Positions 21,581 through 29,329 of a DNA stretch of 29,329 nucleotides are shown here, one piece after another (position 1 is the first letter of the stretch; each line of letters starts with the position of its first letter). A program made the position numbers and the translations under genes. The notes below the pieces were generated by a model, which was given only the letters and a program-made list of their open reading frames with translations, had not been told where the DNA came from and made no database searches. The stretch lies in the NCBI GenBank assembly GCA_051942205.1, contig JAVECO010000091.1, positions 62,001 through 91,329 on the forward strand. The letters are read 5' to 3'. Source of the stretch: Coniocarpon cinnabarinum. Its lineage: Eukaryota.

Positions 21581-23194
21581 ATGGCAGCCCCTTCTAATAC
21601 CCTTCCTACGCGGTCACGCACAATGGCCAGTGAAGACGACGCTGCCTTGGGAGAGGACACAAGCGAGGTTAGCACTCCTCGCACAGTCTTTACTCTTCTC
21701 GCCTGAGGTGATTCTGACTTGAAAGGATAGGTCACTAAACTATTTCACGAGCGACTGCAAGCTTGGAAACATGCCTGTGGCTACATTGAAGATTACATCG
21801 CAACCACAGAGAAGATGCAAAGTGCACACCACAAGGAATATGAGAAAGCTGTCAAGATCGTCTCGCAGCCTCTTCGAGAAGGCGACCACTTCGAGTCCAG
21901 CCTCGGAGGCGTCAACGAGATGTTTGACGGCATCCGTGGCAGCACCCAAGTACGTCAAGCATACAAGCGTTGGTGACCATTCTGCCCTAGTATGCTAATT
22001 AGTGCACAGAACATCGCCAACGCACACTTGGAAACGGCCAGAACCCTCAAATCGGTTGTGCTGCCCATCTTTGAGCGGCTTCACACCGAGATTAAGAACA
22101 AACAGAAGGAATTGGCCAAAGGTGTGGGAAAGGGCTCGAAATCAGTTGATAAAGCGCGCGAGACCACACAAAAGCACATCCAACTCCTAGGCCAACACGC
22201 CGCATCCACTGCGACAACAGGTGGGGTCACTGGCAAGCCGAACGCGAGCAACGATCCGTACGTGCTGCAAAAAGGCGTATACCACCGACTCAACAAGCAG
22301 ATCGTCGAAGAAAATGGCAACCGCTCTGATATGCTCACAGTTCAGAGCAGCTTTTCGCAATTCGAGGCCCATGTCATGCAGAGCTTCCAGCAGGGCTTCG
22401 GTCATTTTATGCAAACCATGGGCGGCCAACTCGACAACCAGAAAGCCATGTACACCCAAATGGTTCAGCGCGTGCAAACGATCAACCCTCTATTTGAGTG
22501 GAACAGCTTCGTGCAACGCAAAAACGACGTTCTCATTGACCCAAATGCGGCGCCGCGCTCGATCGACAATGTCTCCTTTCCCAATCAGAACCATGGCACC
22601 ACACAGGCGCTTATTCAAGGTAGTCTGGAACGCAAGAGTGGTGTACTCCGCAAGTTTGATGCCGGCTTTTATGCCATCACCCAGGCCAAATTCTTCCATG
22701 AATTCAAGACAGATGACAATCTCTCAAAGGACCCTAAGCCTGAGATGTCACTTTATCTTCCAGATTGCGAGATGGGTGGTCTTAACAGCAACACCTTCTC
22801 CGTGAAGGGTAAAGATACCTCCGGTGTCAAGGCGCTCGGTCCGAAGACTGAATATACGTTCAAGGCCCATACGGACGCAGACGCCTCCAAATGGTATTCG
22901 GTCATCGAGAGTCTTGCCTCGGGTCGCGGAAGCGGTCCCGGGAGTATCGTCACGAGCCCAACAAGTGCCACCGGCAGTAACGTGACCAGTCCTGTCGGCA
23001 GTGTCGCGAGCAGAAGCACAAGTCAAGCGTACGGCAATCAATCCCCCGCCAGTGCAGGTGGTTACAACAACCAGACACCTACCAGTGCTGGTGGATATGG
23101 AGGCATGGGACCTGTTGAAACGGGTACTACTGGAAGTTTCGGTGGCGTGAACAGGAGTGGATCAGGGATGGAACGAAAGCCTGGAGAATACTAA
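21581..23194 (+). CDS. SLM1-family BAR + PH domain protein, 3 exons, ~496 aa
   Basis: Exons 21581-21667, 21731-21949 and 22010-23194 total 1491 nt. N-terminal helical region LFHERLQAWKHACGYIEDY...NDPYVL; PH domain LIQGSLERKSGVLRKFDAGFYAITQAKFFHEFK...PEMSLYL...YTFKAHTDADASKWYSVI. Confidence 0.85.
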
Positions 23195-24612
23195 TTGTGT
23201 CAGAACACCTGAAGTTTATAAGACTCTAGTCAGAGCAGCATAGCGGGGATATGTTGAACCACCGAAGCAGATCATTCACGTAACACTTGGTACGTTTATG
23301 AATACACTAACTCATGTTTGTAATCGTCGCCGTATTGCGAAGGTATATCACGTCTCCTCTGATATCACTTCTAGTAGCGTTTTTTACCTGATGAACGTAG
23401 AAAGGTCCGATATTTCGCTTGAGTTGGGACCCTGCCTAAATAACACAATCCACTTTCTCCCTTGCCGCAAATAGACGTACCTAATAAATGGCGTTCTCAA
23501 TGTACGGGTCATGGTATGCTTCAGTATAGGCAGAGCTAAGAGTCGCATATGGGAACGACGATATCGTTGTCTACTGACAATCCCATGCTATCCGGCAAGT
23601 TGATAACAGCAGCGTCGGTCACCATTTCCTCATACTCGAGCTCTACCCTTCCCAAACAGTGACGAGTGCCAACAATTCCGTTTGAGCTACGACCGGACCG
23701 CTCGCCACGGGTTTTGGAACCTTTGCGTCCAGCATCGCCAACCACGTTTGATCCTATGTAGCTTCAGCTTCCTACTCCATTGCGACGCTATAAAGCCTAT
23801 GGCCATGACACAACCTCTAGCTACATGAGTGTGTCCTAATCTGCGTCTGCCTACTTGAGGTGGTCAACGCGAAGAGTCAGATGAGCGTCCGAAGCCGAGT
23901 AAAGAAGTCACGTCGGTCTCCGTGAGCGTTCCTTATCAGGCAAGTGGCAGAGCGGGCAGTTCTTGCGGGCCCGTTGAAGGATTCAGCTATCTGCTCAGTC
24001 ATGTCGGGCCGCAAGGCCAATGGCGGAGGCATTGGACGCTCAGTATCGACCAAAGCTTACTAACAGACATGAGCGCCGGGACAACACATCGATTGACTGG
24101 TGATTGTGGTGCCCTTGTTGAAGACGAGAGTTGTAGCAACACAAAGTGATTCAGACAGCCCTCTATTTGATCACCGTGTGCCATGCATGGCTGGTCAGCT
24201 TGCCACCTCAGCAATGACAACAAGTTTTAGAAGAGTTCACCGAAGTCCACCGGCAGGCGATCAATCGACCACATCGAGCCCTAATAACCTCACTGCCGTT
24301 TAAGGAATAAAGGAGATTAGGGAGCTGCATCTGTCAGATCCCAAGCATCCTGCTTCCGGCGTTCTACCAACACAGGGTCAAGACTGGCGCAGCAATTCCT
24401 TCGGGAGAATAATTCAGATTCCACATCCACTTGGACGCGGCCACTCTTCCGACGGACCGTCTTGCCCGAACCTGTAGTGCGCATTGCTGGATTTTCCAAC
24501 ACGAACGGGACCGCGGACCTCTTGTTGAGTCGGAGTGCATTGACAGAGACGCTTTTGCACCGGGTCAGGTTGATTGCTCCCACTTTGCCAATCCCCGCGG
24601 CGGGCTAGTCAG

Positions 24613-25288
24613 CACGTGCTTGCATGTTGATCCATTGCGCGAGGCTTGAGCACGTGTGCATGATAATCTACTACTGCGCAACACATGTCGTGTCATGCAA
24701 GAGGCTTATCGGCACAGGAAATGGTTGTAAGACTGGGAAGGTTGACCGCAAGGAGATGATTTTCACGGACCGGTCTCATGCGTGTGACCACCGCCACTTC
24801 ACTACAGTGCAAGTCTTGTAAGACATGAGAAGATTGCTTCTCCGTCCAGCCAGAAAATCTGCCCGTCTAACGGAAATACTCGAATGGATACGTACCACAC
24901 TAGCGAAGGTATCTGGAACTGCAAGATCTCTTATCTCAAAGATCTTGCCGGCACCAACCGACATGGGAGTATGCGACGGGCTGAGACAATTTCACGAAGC
25001 GGTGTCTTCGCGGCACCGTCATCCAAATGTGCCCTTGTGCGAAGCGCAGTGGAATGTGCGCTCGTGCCAGAGGTCCCACGTGCAGGCACAATCGCGAGAA
25101 ACTTTCTCAAAAGAGAAACTCAGACGGCACATGGCGCAAGAGTCAAGCTCATGTTCTGCGATATGAAGGTGTCCTTATGCTGCGACGGCGACGTTGCAAT
25201 CTCGTTGTGCGCAAGGCACGATCCAACAGACACGGCAGACAGACGGTACATACAAAAGCCTCACGTGTCGCATGTATGTAACCACGTG
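24613..25288. promoter_or_regulatory. Cluster of five CACGTG E-boxes
   Basis: CACGTG at 24613, 24651, 25077, 25262 and 25283. Confidence 0.45.
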
Positions 25289-27967
25289 AGGGCGGCAGCG
25301 ACATGATTGGTGCGCGAGGTGGGACTGTCTCTGCAGCGCGCGCGACCAAAGGGGAAATAATCATGTTTTGCATTCAGCATAGCGCGAGACGGGCGATCGC
25401 CTCGGGGCAGAAGTGCTGGGAGCCGCGAGGCGATTAGCGATTAGCGGGGTGTCGAGCGTGTCGAGCGCCCAAGCAATGGCCTGAGCGGGGGCGTTGGCCC
25501 TTCTTTGGGCGCCGAGGAAATGAGAAATGAGCCCGTGGGGATTGGGTTTGACGACGCTGGAAAAGCTCCGTCTGTCTGGACAACATCAAGTTTATCAGCA
25601 CAGCGTCCCCTGACTGATTGCAACCATGGCGCCGCTCCCATCAGGCGTCGCAGTCCCAGACTTCGGCGCGCCACCGAAAGAAAAAAACCATTCATGCATG
25701 CAGCCTGGGTGTAATAATAGGGATTTCCTGACGTGAGCGTTCCTTGTCGCTGCAATAGCGCGGCACTGGCGACCAGGGGTGCCGAACCTCCTGAAGGCTG
25801 GAATTGCAGGCGACGCCCTGAAAGTTCTTGCGAAAACGCTTCCATGTTTCAAAGTTACTGTTGGCGTCACCCCGATCCAGCCTTTCTCGATGACCATGAC
25901 GAAAGCCTGCCCTCGCTCCCCAAATTTCCAAGCTAGGGACACCGGATGAGACATTACACCCGCGAGCAACGCTGCCCTCAACTTCCCCGTTCCCCAATGG
26001 CGTCCCATTGCATCCTTGTGTTATTTGATGTGTCCAGCCATCGAAAAGACCTCGCGTTCTGGCTTTGCGGCCCAATGGCATCCTTCCATTGGTCACGCGA
26101 CGGCAGTTCCTCCGCCATGCATCCCTCGGCAAGACACCTGGGCGCAAAGGGTCTCGAATCAAGCTTTAACGGAGAATTCGCGAGAGAGTCGACACTTGCA
26201 TTCTGTACCATCTCGCACCAGTGGCACATTCTGACCGTTGGGTCCCAAGCGAGTGGGAATTGATGTTGGTGGCAGTGGTGCTGTGCAACGCGGGGTGTCT
26301 CGCGATCCCTAATCGCTCCAACCCTGGCATCTTCGAGGTTCATCGGACTTTTCCCCTGCAGATCTTCAATGCGGCGTGCATCGTGAGACGCGCAAGTGCC
26401 GAGACCCCAGTTTGTGCATCCTATCAGGCTCACACGTAGACGCCGTGACGCCAGAAATGCAAGGGCGCTGGGCGCAAGATGCCTGCCCGAGAAGGGGCAC
26501 TGTCAGTGACACGGCACTCTAGCGACCTCGAAGAACAGTGTTTTGGCATTCGAGACACGGCATGGAACAACATTCACAGACTGCGTCGTTGCAGGGCCAT
26601 GGCAAGCGAGACTTTTCTCGGTACTTGGTTCTGGGCCATGACAGAGCGCGGCAGCATGTACCACTGGCGTACTACGGGTTCACCGTCGGACCACCTCCGC
26701 CTTCGATGCCCTCACAGCTGCTCCGTCGTCTCTCCCTCGGCCCGCTACAGCGCAATGCTCCGTGGCCCTCTGATCATCCAGGCTGTTTGTGATCATCCAT
26801 CGCGCGTGACCTTCTCCTCACCTTTCCACATGCTTCGCCGACGTGGCACTCCCGGTCGGTCTTGCGATTGCAGGAATTGCTCAGGAAAGCTCGGAATTAC
26901 CCACGTCCCCACCGACGACGGAGCAAGCGCCGCGCCATGCAGCCCTCCACAGCTGACTGATGACAGGCAGTGCCGAGACTCATGCAGGCTCAACAGCTGT
27001 GGAGACCAGCCTCTGCAGAAAGGGTCTCTCCGCTATAGGCGAACCTTGAACAGCCAGGTTGGGTAATAGCAATCCTACCGCTCAAATACATCTGCATCGC
27101 TGCGATATGGCGAGCGAGCGGGAGAGTGCGGAGATCGCGAAGATGACGCGTTTCGTGGTGCCTTGCACAGAATCGGGAGGAGCCCGAACGCCTCCTAGGA
27201 GTGATCCATGAAATCCAGGAGAGCGAGCATGGCACGGCACTCGTGAGTTCGGGCATGACACTAAGAAAACGATGGGAAAAGCAATGCTGGCAAACGAACT
27301 CGCCAGGTATCAACAGCATGACTCCAGGCGTGTCAGGAGATGGACACGTGCGGAAGATGGTGGTAAAAAAATGTTACGGGAATTGGCGAAATTTGCCCAA
27401 TGCGAAGACCAACATTCGCATGTTTTGTGAAATAATAGCACTAACAACGCTGCTACAGATGGGAATGTGCGCGGAGCCGCAGCAGCGTCGCTAGCTGCCA
27501 CAGACCGAGAGATAGAGACTCAGATAAGGACTGTGAACGCGTCGTGTCTTCCGGGTGCGTGGAGAGAGGGCGGAGACAGGCGCCATGCCCGAGAGGGCGA
27601 GGACCAACAGACGCCACCTAATGTGTGGGAGAGTGGCGAGGATGAACGCAGACCGTGGGAAGAGGAGCAGAAATTCCCCGCAGGGACGGAGCAACGCCGG
27701 TGCACGGGGAAGGGGCAGCGCGTTGAAAGGTGAGGCTGCACGCTAGACAGGTTGGTGCAGTGCGTTGGCCAGTGCGGGCGAGGGCGATCACGCGCGAAAG
27801 TGGCGGTGATTCACCGCCATTGCGTCCAGATCGTGGGGGCGCGACCGCCTTTTCTCGCGACACCCTGGCGACGCAGGTACAATGGCAGCGTGGCCACCGA
27901 CGGGGAGCTGCTCTGTGCCTGAGGCGCCGTCAGGCGACACGCACACTCCCTACTGACGCACCACGCC

Positions 27968-28110
27968 TGGAGCCCGGAGCCCAGAGAGCCCAGAGCCCAG
28001 AGCCTCGAGCGAGACATCCCAAGCTCCGCAACGCTGCTGGCCGCGACCCGACGTCTGCGCGTGGTGGGTGACGGGGCACAGATGAACAGATGGACAGATG
28101 GACAGATGAC
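27968..28110. repeat. Short tandem repeats: (R)GAGCCC x~5 at ~27968-28005 and CAGATG(G/A)A x~4 at ~28079-28110
   Basis: ggagcccggagcccagagagcccagagcccagagcc; cagatgaacagatggacagatggacagatgac. Confidence 0.75.
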
Positions 28111-28856
28111 TGCACGCCCGAGGGGACCCTCTCCGCTCCCGGCGTTTCCCTCCGGGGCAAGTGCACAGACTCCACACGCGCACCACCGCGCGAGGCAGAG
28201 GACAGATCAGAGATCGTGCTGGGGGCAACGATCGGGGAAAAAGTGGACAGGGGGTTCGGAGCGTGCGTTTGTGTCTGCGTCCTGAGTCTGTGTGTGAGTT
28301 TGCGTGGGGAGCGTGGAGAGGCTCCCGCGTGCAAGAGGCCACGCCGCCGCCCACATCTGTCACCCACCGCGGTCGCAGACGACAACGCCTTGCCCGGGGG
28401 TGGCATGGCGTGGCCACAGCAGCGCGCCCAGCAGCACGCGGCGAGCGGACAGACGCGCGCCGTGAGACGAGATGGATCAGTTGATGCCAGCGTGGTCGCT
28501 TGGCTGTCGCTCCTCAGTGCCTCACCACCACCACCGTCGCCGCCCTCCTCCTGCCACCCGGCCTCCTCCCGTCCGTTGCACCCTCGGCATTCCTGAGGTT
28601 GCGTGCCAGTCGCATTGCGGGCGCGTTGCTGGGCTGGCTGGCTCGCTCGCCCGTGCGACCTGCCCCGGCCTGAGCCTGTATACACTCGTCCGGCTCGGTG
28701 GCTTCTGGTCTCAAGCAGCAGCGCCGGTCACGGACGGCACGCGAAGCCGAGAGGAATCGCGACATGGTGATGGATGGCGTCGGCGATGGCGAGCTCTGAC
28801 CGCCGGCAGTTGGAGGCAGACGACGATGACAATCTGGGGGAAGCGGGCAGCGGGCG

Positions 28857-29227
28857 CGAGGCAGAGGCAGAGGCAGAGTCAGCGCCCGAGGGATGGAGAC
28901 AGGTTGGATGGAAGGGAAGGGATAGGATGGTCAGGCAGCGAATGCGGAAGAGGGGCGAGGAGGGAGGCGAGGTGACGGAGGACGGGCAGAGGGCGGGCAC
29001 TAGGGAAGCGCAGCACAGGCCCCGGGGGAGGAAGAGGAGGAGGAGGAGTGCGGGAGGGTGCTGCACGCGCCACCCGGCTCCGGACACCCCGCCGCCAGCC
29101 GAGCTTGGGGCAGCGTCGCGGAAGCGGTGGATGGATGTGGAGGTGCGGTGGCCAGTGCCAGTGCCAGTGCCAGTGTGGCCTTTTCCTCGCGGAGGAGCCC
29201 AAAAGCCAAAGCCAAAGCCAAAAAAGC
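28857..29227. repeat. Microsatellite cluster: (GAGGCA)x3 ~28858, (GAG)x5 ~29034, (GCCAGT)x4 ~29151, (GCCAAA)x3 ~29205
   Basis: Read directly from the sequence. Confidence 0.8.
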
Positions 29228-29329
29228 TGTCTGCGCGCGCGCTGCCCCGGCTGCTGACGCTAGTCAACGCAAAGTCACAGGTACATCTCGACGTTTCCTG
29301 CTGCCCTTGACTTCCCTTCTGCTTTTAGC

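Noticed and set aside
25441..29310. Many overlapping 100-250 aa ORFs on both strands
   Set aside because: Arg/Ala/Pro/Gly-rich, mostly non-ATG starts, and translating microsatellites (PVPVPV, PKPKPK); expected from high GC content, with no domain recognised.
1..29329. tRNA, rRNA, TPP riboswitch, transposons, RIP-degraded repeats, CRISPR arrays
   Set aside because: By eye I saw no T-loop/cloverleaf, riboswitch core, transposase/RT motifs, terminal repeats, AT-rich RIP tracts or repeat-spacer arrays. A covariance-model scan was not possible.

Overview
Eukaryotic, intron-containing DNA from a filamentous ascomycete (Pezizomycotina-like: short introns, GTRAGY donors, CTRAY branch sites). Bases 1-23.2 kb are a compact block of mostly housekeeping genes that I reconstructed by hand. 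In order: BDF1 double-bromodomain protein (-, truncated by the window edge), UTP5-like SSU-processome protein (+), a 7-exon PRISE/progesterone-5beta-reductase-like atypical SDR (+), an orphan 2-TM ORF and a possible small spliced ORF (-), chaperonin CCT5 (-) head-to-head with HP1/Swi6 (+), a CNNM/MAM3 DUF21-CBS protein (+), dynactin p150Glued (+) and an SLM1-family BAR-PH protein (+). The last ~6 kb has no recognisable gene. It contains a CACGTG cluster, short tandem repeats, a G-quadruplex motif and strong purine/pyrimidine skew, and is most simply a long regulatory region. I found no mobile element, RNA gene, CRISPR array or convincing novel multi-gene system. The best leads are a GC-AG intron, in-frame stop-free introns, mirrored first exons of the CCT5/HP1 pair, the orphan ORFs and the 6-kb gene-free region.
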